NCBI GenBank assembly: GCA_951406725.2 | Contig: OX597818.1 | Coordinates: 60,450,001-60,514,000, forward strand | Length of the DNA stretch: 64,000 nt | Source: Octopus vulgaris | Taxonomy: Eukaryota | Reading direction: 5' to 3' | Shown here: positions 30,160 to 45,569 of the stretch, in pieces | Layout of the letters: each line of letters begins with the position of its first letter | How positions within the stretch are numbered: position 1 is the first letter of the stretch | Notes under the pieces: model-generated | What the model was told of the DNA's origin: nothing | Database searches by the model: none | Seen by the model: the letters and a program-made list of their open reading frames with translations, nothing else | Made by a program: the position numbers and the translations under genes

Positions 30160-30370
30160 TTTATCCAAACATGAAAACACAAAGAGAAAACACAAAAACG
30201 CGAGGATATAGAACAAGTATAGTGTTATTGGACGCTCAGGAAAGGAAAGAAAGAAGGAGGATTTAACGTTTCGAGCAGAGCTCTTCATCAGAAACATAGG
30301 AAAAAGAAAGATCCAAGGAAGGAAAGATGGAGGAAAAAAATCACCAACGATACACACGCGGTTACACATT
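30160..30370 (-). mobile_element. About 200-bp HHR-bearing Penelope-type mini-element (family P2)
   Basis: GUUU-CUGAUGA a GAGC ucu GCUC GAAA CG UU-AAAU at about 30260-30296; flanked by (TA)n; related to 37852-38040 and 45800-46102. Confidence 0.7.
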
Positions 30371-30405
30371 GTATATATATACAATGCATATATATATATA
30401 TATAT

Positions 30406-30661
30406 GGAAGCGCAATGGCCCAGTGGTTAGGGCAGCGGACTCGCGGTTGTAGGATCGCGGTTTTGAGCGAAAGCACCTAAAAGCTCCACGAGTCTCCGGC
30501 AGGGGGTGGTGATCCCTGCTGTACTCTTTCACCACTCTTTCTTCCACTGTTTCTTCTGTTGGCCTACTCGCTTAGCCAGCGGGGTGGCGTCATTCAAAGG
30601 CTAAAACAATGCGAACGCATTGTGACCAGCGATGTGTAAAAGCATCTGATGGTCTGGTCGT
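30406..30661 (+). mobile_element. tRNA-Arg-like SINE family C, tail type iii (internally deleted)
   Basis: ggaagcgcaatggcccagtggttagggcagcggactcgcgg; tail shared with 34138-34447. Confidence 0.8.
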
Positions 30662-30693
30662 AAAAAAAAAAATATATATATATATGTACATAC

Positions 30694-30756
<63 letters not shown>

Positions 30757-30782
30757 TACATATATATATATATATATATATG

Positions 30783-30848
<66 letters not shown>

Positions 30849-31729
30849 TACATACATACTTTTTATATATGTCTATGGCGTTTGGGTCCTGGAAATAAAT
30901 TTGAATGTCATACTGATGATGCATATAGAGGTAGAAACACGAGTTGGTGACTGTGCTCTAATTACCAGACAGGTGACATTTGTAATTGTTTATGTTATAC
31001 ATGTGCACTTCAACTTACCTTTTGTTCATAGTCAGATGAATTCAGTGCCTGAGTAAACCCCGGAGCTGACTTTGCCTTTCAGCCATCCGGGGTCAAGAAA
31101 ATAAGTACTTTCTGAGCACAATGGTCAATGTAATCGAATATATACCCTATCCCCCCCCCACACAGAAACGTTGCTGACCTTGTGCCAAAATCCGAAACCA
31201 ATAAAACGCAGTACAGCTTGTAGGATTCGAACCAGTCGCCTCCTTTAGTATATTTAATAGGATTCCACACAATATCCGTCAAATAATTTTCTCAATTTTC
31301 TCTCACAATGCATTTGTCTAGTCGAGGCAACAGTTGAACATATCTGCCCAAAATGCCTCTCAATGGGTTTGAAACCGGAATTCTAGGGCTGCAAAAGCAA
31401 ACCTGTTAACGTTGCACCTGCTTCTGTTAAAGAATTTTTCATTTCTTCGTTTCCTCTTCTTTCTTTTCCTCTTCTTTCTTCTCTTTCTACTTTTTCCTTG
31501 ATGATGGACAAACAGTCTGAAGCCGGAATAATTCTAGAATATTCCTAGATTTTTCTTCATTCCTGTACGAAACTAAATTATTAACTTTATATTTTTGTTG
31601 TTGTTGCTTTTGCGGTTTTCTTTGGATTTATAAAGAATCTGATGCGGAACTTCGACTTTGATTTCCTTGGATTACATTGGACATGTGTAAGTGCATAAAT
31701 GTATGAATGTGTGTGTGTGTGTGTGTGTG

Positions 31730-32110
31730 TGTATTAGCGTTGAGAATTACATTGCTATAAATTCGAAGCATGCTCCAATAATGCTAAAATCAGAAAGCGT
31801 AACCCCCCGTTCTTAACATCAGTAAGCATATCCTCTAACGAGGAATCCTGTAATAATTCTACTCATTATTAAAATGACGTATTAAAAGACATCAGCTTCA
31901 AAGATATACTACGTTACACACAGATCGACATTAATATTCATAAACGCTCAAACAGAAAACGAAATATTTTATTATACATTCTTGTATTGTTGAAATGTTC
32001 GTTCTAATATCGTCAGTGGTTTTTTGCTAAATAAGAATTTCTTCTTAGACAATAGATGTCATGATATGTTCAATAAAAATAACATTACGGTAAACTACAA
32101 ACTGCGGGAA
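31730..32110 (+). mobile_element. Heavily decayed Penelope-like ORF remnant (RT C-terminal/linker region)
   Basis: KRSNRKRNILLY..NVRSNIVSGF..LNKNFFLDNRCHDMFNKNNITVNY resembles the recalled PLE motif RKRNIIWFNPP..KIFNRNTVKVSY; degenerate HHR-like motif nearby at 31498-31527. Confidence 0.55.
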
Positions 32111-32449
32111 AAAAAACAAAAAGACCTCCAATGCTTTCATATCTCGTACAAAGAGAGAAACCGATTCAGAATGATTCCACGAAACTGTTTCCATCTATGG
32201 AATTGTGTTTACGTAATTGTAAAATCACCAATGCCTGAATGCTTGCCATTTTCAGTACTTTGTGTCGTTCTAAAATATTAGTTTATCGATCTAATGCCTC
32301 TCTTGCAAATGACACTTACACAAATAGCTTTAAAATGTAATACATTTAAAGTAATATTTTATGTTTTAGAAAACAAAAATATATTATGCAACACATGTAG
32401 AAATGCGTGACACAGAAAAAGCTAGGTACTTTGCAGTATCGAGATTCCG

Positions 32450-33250
32450 AGTTTGATCTTAATATGAGACACGTTGCACTGATGTCCCCAGTTCACTACT
32501 AACCTGAGATTGGAACTTAGAGGACGCAATAGGCGTCAAACGAAGCGATATCTTTCTAAATTATTTCTAAAGTTCTTAATCAAAATGGTCATCGTTGATA
32601 TTAAGTGACAAGGTGGTGTCAACGTCAGTGGTGAGATTCAACACATTCCGATTGCCCGATGACGTCGTACTTGCTGCAGGGTTCTTAAATCAAATCTACC
32701 ATGCTGTTAGAGTTAAATATCCAGACTTTAGCATTAGGCCTTTAAATAAACTGAACGAAAAACCGTAACCCAAGGCTGGATAGCGGTGGGAAATTATAAA
32801 TTGAGGAGGTTAAGAGTAATATCTACTTAGATTAAATTGTAAATATATACCGAGGCATAAGCACAGAAGTCTCGTACAGAGTAACAGCAGGGTTGAAAGC
32901 GTTCGCCTAATTTAAAGATATGCTCAAACCATAGCTACTCTACAAAACAAAGCCTGTGCGCCAATCTCACAAGGAACATCGTCATCTTAGCCCTCTTAAG
33001 GCGTGCGCTGCTACTAAGAAGGAAGAACAGCGATTGGCTACGACTGAGAGAGAGAGAAAGAGAAAGAGAGAGAGAGAGAGAAAGAGAGGGAGAGAGTTAC
33101 ATGAAGATCATTGCTAGGAATATCATTGTAGGGACAAAACCCAAATGAGGCATTTCAAAGACTGAGTCGAGTGAACGATGTGATTTCCGCTTGATCGGAT
33201 ATTTTGCAAGAATCATAATAATCTAAGCGTTAAGCTAATACAGAATTCGT
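32450..33250 (+). mobile_element. Decayed RTE-type LINE reverse transcriptase fragment
   Basis: GGVNVSGE..NTFRLPDDVVLAA (LRFADDIVL-like)..IEEVKSNIYL..ISTEVSYRVTAGLKAFA; stops and frameshifts. Confidence 0.6.
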
Positions 33251-33281
33251 TACAACCTACCATTTATACATAGATACACAG

Positions 33282-33373
<92 letters not shown>

Positions 33374-33496
33374 AAAGGATGTGTTATAATACTATTCCAC
33401 AAAAACAGCAATGCCAACAATCCAACATATCTCCATCATTAGCTGCCCCACGGATATCATTATGGTTTCGACACCTAGGCAGTACCATTCACTCCG

Positions 33497-33552
<56 letters not shown>

Positions 33553-33555
33553 TAT

Positions 33556-33904
33556 AAGAAGAAAAATAAAATGGAGATTGAGGAGTAATAATTGCTTAGT
33601 AATCATCAAATTAATCATCATCCCTTACAGCTGTTTCAATTATTACTCACTAAATATTAAGTAAATATTATATTTATATTACCTGAGCATATCTCCAGAG
33701 GGGAAAAATATACCCTTGAATGTTTTATATGTGTTTATGGATTCATTATAGCAGAAGGAAGATAGTATGCTCAGGTGACATAAATTAAATATTTACTTAA
33801 TATTTACTGAGTACTAACTGAAACAGCAGTAAGAGATGATAATTAATTTGCTGTTGATAATAAACAATCATTAACTTCTCAATCTCCACTTTCTTTTTCT
33901 TCTT
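33556..33904. mobile_element. Penelope-like inverted-repeat element in (TA)n
   Basis: About 135-bp arm at 33556-33692 is inverted at 33766-33904; GAAACAGCUG HHR half-motif in both arms. Confidence 0.6.
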
Positions 33905-34137
33905 TTATTTGAATATAGACTATGCTTTTTTTATATATACACCTATAATTGTAAGGAAATTAATTCGCCAAAAATACTACGTATTGAACGAGTATTTTCT
34001 CTGATAAAACCATCCCTCCATGAGGTTAACACAACATCTAAACAAACATATATATTTATGTATGTGTGTGTATGTATGTATGTATGTATGTATGTATGTA
34101 TGTATGTATGTATGTATGTATTATTTATGTATGTATA

Positions 34138-34447
34138 TCACGTGATCACGTGACCGACCAGGCTATCAGATGTTGTTACACATCGCTGGTCACAATGCGC
34201 TGCGCATTGTTTTTAGCCTTCAAATGACGCCACCCCGCTGGCTAAGTGAGCAGGCCAACAGAAGAAAGAGTGGGAGAAAGTTGTGGCGAAAGAGTACAGC
34301 AGCGATGGCCACCACCTCCTGCGGGAGCCTCGTGGAGCTTTAGGTGCTTTCGCTCAATAAACACTCACAACGCCCGGTCTGGGAATCGAAACCACGATCC
34401 TACGACCGCGAGTCCGCTGCCCTAACCACTGGGCCATTGCGCCTCCG
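34138..34447 (-). mobile_element. tRNA-Arg-like SINE family C, full length, tail type iii
   Basis: ggaggcgcaatggcccagtggttagggcagcggactcgcggtcgtaggatcgtggtttcgattccc with intact A/B boxes. Confidence 0.88.
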
Positions 34448-35146
34448 TATGTATATATGTTTATAAACATATACGTATGAATGCATGTATGTATGTGTGT
34501 AAGGAATATATTTAATGATAGAGTAAAAGAATTCAAGATACTTCGAAGAAAAAATGTTCCTCGCACTCATTGTTTAGCCCTAAGACAGTTCGACCTGGAC
34601 AGACATTTGATCAAAGGCGATTTGGTTATTTCTTTTCTGTATTTCGCATCTCGGATTCCATAATCCAGTGTATCGTTCACTTTTCAAGACGGAAGAGTGT
34701 AAATTGAGGGAAATTTGACAGCTAGAGCTATTAGGTAAAACGACCGTGTATGAGGTCTCCTGTTGATTCTTTCGTTATACTCATCTAGAAGAATGAAAAC
34801 ATCAAACGCTAATAGATATTCTTTGATCTTCAAGCTTTCTGGCTCAACAAATGATGCGTGATTTGATCCTTGTAAAATTCTATTTGTTTATGAATTCACA
34901 ATGGTACACAAACACGCACAACCGCACTTAGGTACACACACACACACGCACACGCGCACACACACACACACACACACACACAGACGTGTTCACACGCACA
35001 TACTACACAAATACACCCGCTCACATACATGCACACACGAAACTATATTAAGCGTAAGTGAAAGAGACGGGTTCTATGTGCATGTATATATATATATATA
35101 TATATATATAGAATATTTATGTATATACTGACTTCATATGTATAAG

Positions 35147-35246
<100 letters not shown>

Positions 35247-35392
35247 TACATATATGAACATATATATATATGTGTGTGTCTGCGTGTGTATGTATATTTA
35301 TATATACATACATATACATACATATATATATATATATATATTTATTTATATAAATATATATTTATGCATATATATATTTATATATATATATT

Positions 35393-35434
<42 letters not shown>

Positions 35435-35528
35435 TATATTCATATATATATACATTTATATACATATATATATACAAACATATATACATATATATATATT
35501 TATGCATATATATATATTTATATACATA

Positions 35529-35562
<34 letters not shown>

Positions 35563-35567
35563 CATAC

Positions 35568-35619
<52 letters not shown>

Positions 35620-35776
35620 AAAATCAGAAAGAAAAGCATGACAAAACATGAACAAACGCAAATATATTCCAAGATACACATCCATGTATATATTCAAAAT
35701 GATGAAAGGGTTTGATGTAACAATTTAGAGATATATTTGTACATACACCCATCCATCCATACACACACACACACAA

Positions 35777-35807
<31 letters not shown>

Positions 35808-35975
35808 CATCAATATATTCATGTACATGCACAATTTACTCTCGAATAAGTAAATATATTTATATGTATCCAGTATAGTCGTATGTTTAGATGTAAAGAT
35901 CCTGCAGCCTAACACATAGAAATAGTCTTACGTTCAAACATGGCTCTCTCGTATGTGTTGTACGTGTGTATGTGT

Positions 35976-36026
<51 letters not shown>

Positions 36027-36414
36027 TGTGTGTGTGCTGGGGAAACAGAACACTGCTATGTTACTTTTTTTCCCCCGATTTCAGCTATTGTTATTCTACA
36101 TTGAGCGTATCTGAAATTCGAGAACATGAAAAAAATACTCGCACCTTTGCGTCAACTCACGATCTTTATCTTTTGACTTAAGCGAGTCAAAAAAACCAAC
36201 GTCTTAGATGCAATAGGTATAGTTTTATAGACTTGTTAGCTGAAATTCCCTTTTTTTTTTTGGGACATTAATTTATTCGTCCGATAATGACTTTTTTTTC
36301 CTTTTTAAGAGAGTAAAGAGACAAGAATTCCGTGCCAGTGTATTGCATTCATATGTATTTAATTATCTATATCTATAAACAGGCTGTATTTTAATATCGT
36401 AGCATATCAGTGCG

Positions 36415-36666
36415 TTACATGCATGCATACATACATACATACATACATACATACATACATACATACATACATACATACATACATGCATGCATGTATACAT
36501 ACATACATACATACATACATACATACATACATACATACATACATACATACATACATACATCCATGCATGCATGTATATATACATACATACATACATACAT
36601 ACATACATACATACATACATACATACACACATACATACATACATACATACATACACACATACATAC
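36415..36666. repeat. (CATA)n array
   Basis: Direct reading; abuts the LINE 3' end. Confidence 0.95.
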
Positions 36667-37140
36667 ATGATGGCTGTCCCCTCGTTATCGAGTATGGCCA
36701 TTGCACGAGGCTTAACTGTTACTGGTGCTGTGATCGAATGTGACTTTTTAGCCCAGCTAAAGATCTACAATGTCAAAAACCTTTACCGGCAATAGCCGGC
36801 TGTAGTTGTAACTGGGCTTCATGTACCTTTGCATGTCGTTTAAGTCCTCCTGCCGAATTACACTCTTCCACATGCCTGATAGATATGATTAGTATGGTGT
36901 GTAACACCACCACCAGTGGCCAGGTTGTCACTCATCTGTCTCGCTTTATGACTACGAAGATGACTCTTGAGTCCAGTTTTACTGAGGCAGGGTGTTGCAT
37001 ACATACATACAAGTTCAGGTCTGTACCTGTAATTATTAGGCCCTGGGATATGTAACATACTGCCTAATTACCACTCTTGAGAAGTTAGTCTTCTCAAAAC
37101 CAGAAAGCAGTAAGCTGGTTCGAAGACTACAGATCCTATC
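36667..37140 (-). mobile_element. RTE-clade LINE 3' fragment with two C2H2 zinc-finger remnants
   Basis: CMYATPCLSKTGLKSHLRSH and QACGRV../SAGGLKRHAKVH; 3' end ctcgataacgaggggacagccatc followed by (ATGT)n; clade assignment from memory. Confidence 0.65.
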
Positions 37141-37699
37141 TATCACTGGAACTGTAAAAATCTGTAAAACATTCCAGGAGTTTGTCATTCAAGTATATAT
37201 GAGCATGTCTAGATAGGCAACTATAGGCATGGAAAGACAGACATAAATCTATTATATCGTCAGTGACGATATATGAATGTGTTAAACAATATATCATAGT
37301 ACCAAATTAAGCAATGTAACAAGAGTTGGATATCTTAATATAACTGTCGGCACCAGAACAATCCAATACTCCAACGCAGAATGAATAACGAGACAAACAC
37401 TCTCACTGTTCGACCTCAACTGACTACTATTTCATCTGTTTATAAGACTCGTCCAATCTTCTGACTATCACGTGCGGGGTTCACTCCACAAGAAAGACAA
37501 AACATACAAATCCTGCACATATATACACGCATACCAACATATACACACATACATACACACATACATACATATGTACGTATATGCATATATACATACGTAC
37601 ATACATACATACGTACGTACATACATACGTACATCCATCCATCCATCCATACTTAGATATATACATACATACATACATATATACATACATACATATATA

Positions 37700-37800
37700 T
37701 TATGGCTGCCCCTTCGTTATCGAGTATGGCCATTGCACGAAGCACTCTTATTGGTGCTGTGATCGAATGTGACTTTTTAGCCCAGCTAAAGATCTATTCA
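37700..37800 (-). mobile_element. Second 3'-terminal fragment of the same LINE
   Basis: Near-identical to 36669-36767. Confidence 0.75.
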
Positions 37801-37851
37801 AGATCTGTCTTGTACACAATTGGCAGCTAAAACCTTTACATACATACATAC

Positions 37852-38040
37852 ATCGTTGGCGATTTTCTTTCTCCGTCTTCCCTTCTTTGGACTTTTTCTA
37901 TATTTCTGATGAAGAGCTCTGCTCGAAACTTAAAATCTTCTTTCTTTTCTTTCCTTTCCTCAGCATCCAATAACGCTGTACTTATTCCACCTCCTCGCGT
38001 TGTTGTTTTTCATGTTTGTTCATGTTTAGATTGACTACGT
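37852..38040 (+). mobile_element. HHR-bearing mini-element, family P2
   Basis: CUGAUGA a GAGC ucu GCUC GAAA at 37906-37928; inserted in (CATA)n. Confidence 0.7.
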
Positions 38041-38978
38041 ACATACATACATACATACATACATACATACATACATACATACATACATACATGCATACAT
38101 ACATACATACATACATACATACATACATACATACATACATACATACATACATACAACAAATTTGCACAGGTTTTACGAAGTCAGAGCAAAAGCAACTGAA
38201 GCGGTTTCTCTAAATTCATTCTATTAGTTGCACAGTCCCCAAAATTTTCCGTCTGAGATTCTTATGTGACCAGATGCACATACTCGGATGTATGCCTCGA
38301 CAGTTCAACCAACACACCAACTCGAACGTATTTACAAATACCGGGAACCCTGGTAACTCAAAATGTCATGTGCCTTTGTTAGCGACCGACTTGAACTCTC
38401 TCAGGAAGAACTCAAATAAACCTCAAAGAAAAACCATTCACACATTTACGATTAAATTCCATGTAATTTTGTGCTGCGTTAGTATTGAGCTATTGTTTAT
38501 GAAGTTTATTGTGTAGTTCATAAATGTTTTCGTCTTATGTAAGAATATGTTCCACTGTTTTAGATTATCTGAAGATTCTAAAACTTTATTCTCGGATGTA
38601 TTTGAAGACTTATAATATTGGAGATGACCTGCAATTTCTAAATTAATGCAGATGTCAAATATATGTGGTTGTGCTTGCGTCTTTGAGGAGCCGTATGCAT
38701 TCCAGCCTCTGTTCTGTGTGTGTGTGTCTGATTGTCTGTGTGTGCGATGATTAAAACAAAATAAATTTTTCCAAAGATAGAATTATTTGTTTAGATGTCT
38801 TCAGTTTGAATATAAAGCTTTCTGGTTTTAGTTTTTTATTCCAAACAAGGAAAATTCTCTCTCTCACTCTTTCCTCAACAATGGTTACATACGTACATAC
38901 ATACATACATATATACATACATACATACATACATACATACATACATACATACATACATACATACATACATACAGTCGC

Positions 38979-39157
38979 CATGATAGATCGTTAGCCACTA
39001 CACACATTTTTTCTCTCCTTGTTTTATCTGTGTCCCTTTCTGTAGAAGAGCGTAGGCTCGAAACGTAAAAGACTTTTTCTATTCCTGAGCGTTATATTAA
39101 TACATCTGTTTGTTTTGTACACCGTCTTCGTCTTTTGCTTTTTGGTAAACTCTTCCT
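38979..39157 (+). mobile_element. HHR-bearing mini-element, family P1
   Basis: CUUUU-CUGUAGA a GAGC guag GCUC GAAA CG UA-AAAG at about 39035-39071; in (CATA)n. Confidence 0.65.
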
Positions 39158-39271
39158 ACATACATACATACATACATACATATTACATACATACATAAAT
39201 ACATACATACACACATGCATGCACACATACATACATACATACATACATGCATACATACATACATACATACA

Positions 39272-39304
<33 letters not shown>

Positions 39305-39339
39305 GTGTGTGTGTGTTTGTATGCGTATTTTATTGTTTA

Positions 39340-39750
39340 TTTGTTTCAGTCATTGGACAGCAGCCATGCTGTAGCACTGCCTTGAAGAGTTTTAGTCGAA
39401 CAAATCAACCTACATACTTATATTTTTGAAGTCTGGTACTTATTCTATCGCTCTATTCTCCCGAACTGCCAAGTAAACAAACCAACATCGGTCATGAAGT
39501 GGTGAAAAAATGATGTTAAACATACAGACACACAGACACGCACGCACACACACAAACACATGCATAAACACACACATATATACATATATGAAGGTCTTGT
39601 ACGCTGATTCTCTCGACCAATTCAGTCTCAAGGCATCGATCAACCCGGAGTCATAGTTGGCGACATTTGTTTAAGGTGACGTGCAGTGAAACTGATCCTG
39701 AAACCACGTGGTTGCAAACCTTCCTTCTTAACCACACAGCTACGCATGTC
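39340..39750 (-). mobile_element. SINE family B, diverged full length
   Basis: Tail and head both recognisable. Confidence 0.7.
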
Positions 39751-40455
39751 CCAAAAAACTTCGATATACTCAAATAGTTTCTACCTTATAAACCTAAACC
39801 TAACTAAGGCTTTCAGAGACGTTATATTCAAGGTTATCCCACATTGTGAGACGTACAAAAGACTGAGTCTACAAAACGCACATCACCAGATGGAGCTGTT
39901 ATCGCAGATGCTGGTAGCCATTTGCAACTAAACGAACCAGTGCAAAGCAAAATTAAGCGCGTTGGTCAGGGAGATATCAGAACAATATCTCTCCGAGGAA
40001 AATATCTCCAGACAGTGAAAAATTTGCATAAAAATAACAATTAATAACTATTTTAAATTTTTCTATAAAATCTCACTTTTCTAAAGTATTTTTTATTGTA
40101 AAGAAAGAACAATATCCCGAGGGATCTTATCTTATCTGCCAGATGATTTTGTCCGGGACAGGAATTTTGTTCAGGTGGGATTTTGTCCTCGGGTTGGATT
40201 TCGTCCTAGTACCGGTCAGGAAGACAAGGTGCCGTCCAAAAATTGAACGCATGACACTGTGAACGTTAGCAGAACGTAGCAGTCACAGTACCAAGCTCAT
40301 TTGATTAGATATATTCTACTATTTCAGTTCATTTTCTTATATAATACATTATATATTATAGCTTTCGGCGTATTTAGATCTATGGAGACGTGTCGAAGAT
40401 ATTGCACGAGAAATGTGTTATGGTATCCTTCGTATATGTGACCAATAATTTCAGT

Positions 40456-41082
<627 letters not shown>

Positions 41083-41537
41083 ATGTTTCTCACTCAGTGT
41101 GTCTAACTGTATATCTTTGTAGCTTTCTTACTATGTATAAACGCACGAATATGTGTTCGTATGTTTCTGTACATATGTATGCATGCATATATGCGTGTAT
41201 ATATGAATGCTTGCTTGTATGTATCTACGTATGCTTGTATATACGTACGTACATATGTATGTATGTATGAATGTATGTATGTACAGACATCCGTGCGTAA
41301 GTATGAATGTATGTAATACATACGTATGTATGTATGACAAAATAGGATATTTGGATTTTTTTTTGTTTTTAGTATTATTTTCCAATCTCCTGTTTGGATA
41401 TCTGCAGAAAATATTTTCCAGTATTTCCAACTCTTATGCATTCCTCACACACATATAACATCAACATATGGATGTGGAATACTGGAATAAACAGATGTAC
41501 TACAAGAGAATACAGCTTGTGTTTTAACCCTATCTAC

Positions 41538-41597
<60 letters not shown>

Positions 41598-41632
41598 GTG
41601 TGTGTATAAACACACACACATACATACATTTA

Positions 41633-41724
<92 letters not shown>

Positions 41725-41841
41725 TACATATTTCATATTATACAAGCAGAATCGAAGGTTGTGCTCAAATGCATTTAATATCTGCATCCGCCAGAAATCC
41801 TGTTGATGACGGCTGCAGGTAACATCATTAATCTACAAATA

Positions 41842-41891
<50 letters not shown>

Positions 41892-42238
41892 ATATATATG
41901 TATGTATATATATGTGTATATATGTACATATATATATATATGTATGTATGTGTATATATATAAATTTACATAGACCTATAGACATACATATATACATTTT
42001 TCGACATGCGTATATAAATACATAAATATATACATCTGTGTGTGTTTATGTAGGTCTGTAAGTATGTATATGTCGCTTTGACTATTTTCTTTTTGATGTT
42101 TTTCACATTTCTAATTCCCGTGTCTCTTGGATGTGATCCACAAAAAAATAAACCATTTATCTGATATGCTGCGAAGAATTATTTCCATTATTTTCATACT
42201 CCTGTACATCTGCTCTTAAATATAATTATTTTCTTGAA

Positions 42239-42280
<42 letters not shown>

Positions 42281-42281
42281 G

Positions 42282-42323
<42 letters not shown>

Positions 42324-42349
42324 ATATCTATCTCACACACACACACACT

Positions 42350-42380
<31 letters not shown>

Positions 42381-42462
42381 ACTCACACACACTCACGTAC
42401 GTATGTATGTATGTTTCAGAAGAACATTTATGCAAACAAGGAGACAAGAGAGTACTCGATGC

Positions 42463-42620
<158 letters not shown>

Positions 42621-43833
42621 GATTTCCAATTTTCGCACAAGGCCAGCAATATCAGGGGGAAGGGATAAATCAATTACATCGGTCTCAGTATTAATCTGGT
42701 TCTTATTTTACCGATCCCGAAAGGATGAAAGGCAAATTGGATCCCAGAATGTAAAGGCGGACGATATGCCGCTAATCGTTTTGCTCGGCGTGCGATCGAT
42801 TCTACCAGCTCGCTGTACTATTACGAATTATATACAATGGAAGATGGAAACCTCATGAACTTTTACTCCGAGTTTCTTCCGAACCATTACAACTGGTAAT
42901 GAAATTTTGTCACTAATAATAATCTTAGAGAGAACATAAAATAATGGCCCTCTGTCGGCACGTGTATGACAGGAGACGAAAAGTGGGGTTGTTCAAGACT
43001 TAAACATGATACATTATTGGTTGGAGTCTGACTGTTCTACATGCAGGTACGTGGACGTACGTGAACGTAAACACTAAGGTACGTGGACGTAAACACACCA
43101 ACATCGGTTGTCAAGCGATGGAGTGGGCAAACGCAGACACACAAACACCCCCACCCCCACACACATATACAGTAAAACATAAAGGAAAAATTCTGCGCAT
43201 CATTGTAATATTTCAAGCATGAAGAGAAAGCATAAGAAGTGTAATGGGGCTACAAAAAATTATAGAAGCCTATTACAGTGCAGTTAAAGAAACCCTTTTA
43301 CATACAAATTATTTGATAATGCTGTTGTCTGCTAAACATAATTCACAAAGTTCATGTAGAACAGTGAGAATCCAACCAATAATGTATCCTTATATTGTTA
43401 ATATGTTCTGGCAGATTTGAACACACATCGTCTATAGGGAGATGTTCTCTGATGACGAAAAACAACGGCAAACAGATATTCCCATTCAAATCTGCCACAA
43501 CGTATTAAGAATAAAATAGACACGTTATTAAAACTATTTATTGGCCACAGCGGAAAATATTGTGTAGCAAGGAATTTTACCATTAAATTTCGATTATAAT
43601 TCTTTTTTTCTTAAATAGCGAGATAAATTGCTGTGTTATTACACGAGAGCATTTCTATTAATTCGGTGAAAAGCACCTTTTCGCAAATTTGTAAGCAAAC
43701 AATATAAATATCTTATTTGGAGTTAGTCAAGCTGCATTCTCTCCATCTCACGCAAACACAATACACACTCTCTGTCTCTTTCTCTCTCTCTCTGTATGTA
43801 TATGTATGTGTGAGTATGTATATATATGTACTC

Positions 43834-43887
<54 letters not shown>

Positions 43888-43998
43888 CTCTCTCTCTTTC
43901 TCTCCCTCTCTGTATATAATCTGTATGTATATGTATGTGTGTGTATGTATATGTATGTACTTATATATAGATGTATATATACATATATGTATATATTC

Positions 43999-44036
<38 letters not shown>

Positions 44037-44045
44037 ATGAATATG

Positions 44046-44119
<74 letters not shown>

Positions 44120-44121
<2 letters not shown>

Positions 44122-44348
44122 GTAATCCATCGTCATACCGCGGTTCACCTATCGCGGTTTATCATTTAAGACTACGTCGATTCGTCTGCGGTGTTGTTTA
44201 TGCATTTATAATAAAAATAGTTATATACACATAATAAAAATGATAAAAAAATATATATATACATTACAATACAGTGTGTGTTTCGCGAATTTTCACCTAC
44301 CGCGGGGGGTTTTGTAACGTAACACCAGCGATAATCACGTGATTACTG
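44120..44348. mobile_element. Tc1/mariner-pogo-type MITE
   Basis: Terminal inverted repeats cagtaatc...gattactg, TA on the right flank, internal ttcaccta(t/c)cgcgg repeats. Confidence 0.7.
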
Positions 44349-44766
44349 TATATGTAAACATAATATATGTATGTGTTTGTTTATGCCCACATATACACAC
44401 ATACTCTCTTTTTCTCTCTCTTTCTCTGTCTCTCTCTGTCTCTCTCTCTCTTTATATATATATATATATGTATGTATGTATGTATATATATATTTGTATA
44501 CATATGTGCTTGTATGGGTGTGTATATGTGTGTGTCTATGCATAAGCAAATCTTCATACAGATATGCTAACAGATTAGTTCCTGATTATCCTGTATTTCC
44601 ATTTGACCAAAAAGTGACAAGAAGTGTATGGAATTAATTTTCATACAAATATATGTGAAAAACCAACTCCCACTCTCTCTCTCTCTCCCTCTGTATCTTT
44701 GCATTTGGCAGCATTCGCTCGACTCGGACATGTTGTATCTTTCTCTCAACATTTTTATTCTCGTAA

Positions 44767-45385
44767 AGGTGGCGAGCTGGCAGAAACGTTAGCACGCCGG
44801 GCGAAATGCTTAGCGTTATTTCGTCTGCCGCTACGTTCTGAGTTCAAATTCCGCCGATGTCGACTTTGCCTTTCATCCTTTCGGGGTCGATAAATTAAGT
44901 ACCAATTACGCACTGGGGTCCGTGTAATCGACTTAATCCGTTTGTCTGCCCTTGTTCGTCCCCTCCGTGTTTAGCCCCTTGTGGATAGTAAAGAAATAGG
45001 TATTTTGTCTGCCGCTACGTTCTGAGTTCAAATTCCGCCGATGTCGACTTTGCCTTTCATCCTTTCGGGGTCGATAAATTAAGTACCAATTACGCACTGG
45101 GGTCCGTGTAATCGACTTAATCCGTTTGTCTGTCCTTGTTTGTCCCTTCTATGTTTAGCCCCTTCTAGGCAATAAAGAAATAAGAAACGTTAGCACGCCG
45201 GGCAAAATGCTTAGCGAAACTTCGTCTGCCTTTACGTTCTGAGTTCATATTCCGTCGAGGTCCACTTTGCCTTTCATTCTTTTGGGGTCGATAAATTAAG
45301 TATTATTTGGATACTGAAGTCGATCTAATCGACTGGCCCCCCTCCCTCAAAAATTCCAGGCCTTGTGCCTAGAGTAGAAATGAGT
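44767..45385 (+). mobile_element. SINE family A trimer
   Basis: Three head-to-tail units; the first two are almost identical. Confidence 0.88.
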
Positions 45386-45569
45386 ATTTTTTGCTCGTAG
45401 CATTCTCGAGGAAGCTATTAATGTGTCTGTACTTCATCTCTCTCGTAATACCAGCTAACTTCTACTTCGGCACAGTTCCAACAGAATTCCTGCCAGTGAA
45501 ATTGTTCTGCATTCCAATAACTCCATCAAATATCGTGTCACCGTTTGCACATTCTTTCGTTCTTTCATT

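Noticed and set aside
34370-34447. tRNA-Arg(TCG)-like sequence (also 30406, 54906, 47360)
   Set aside because: Continues into SINE bodies and lacks a proper acceptor stem; a SINE head, not a tRNA gene
39964-40220. Possible MITE with ggattttgtcc subterminal repeats and a ggtcagg direct repeat
   Set aside because: Terminal inverted repeats too degenerate to define or classify
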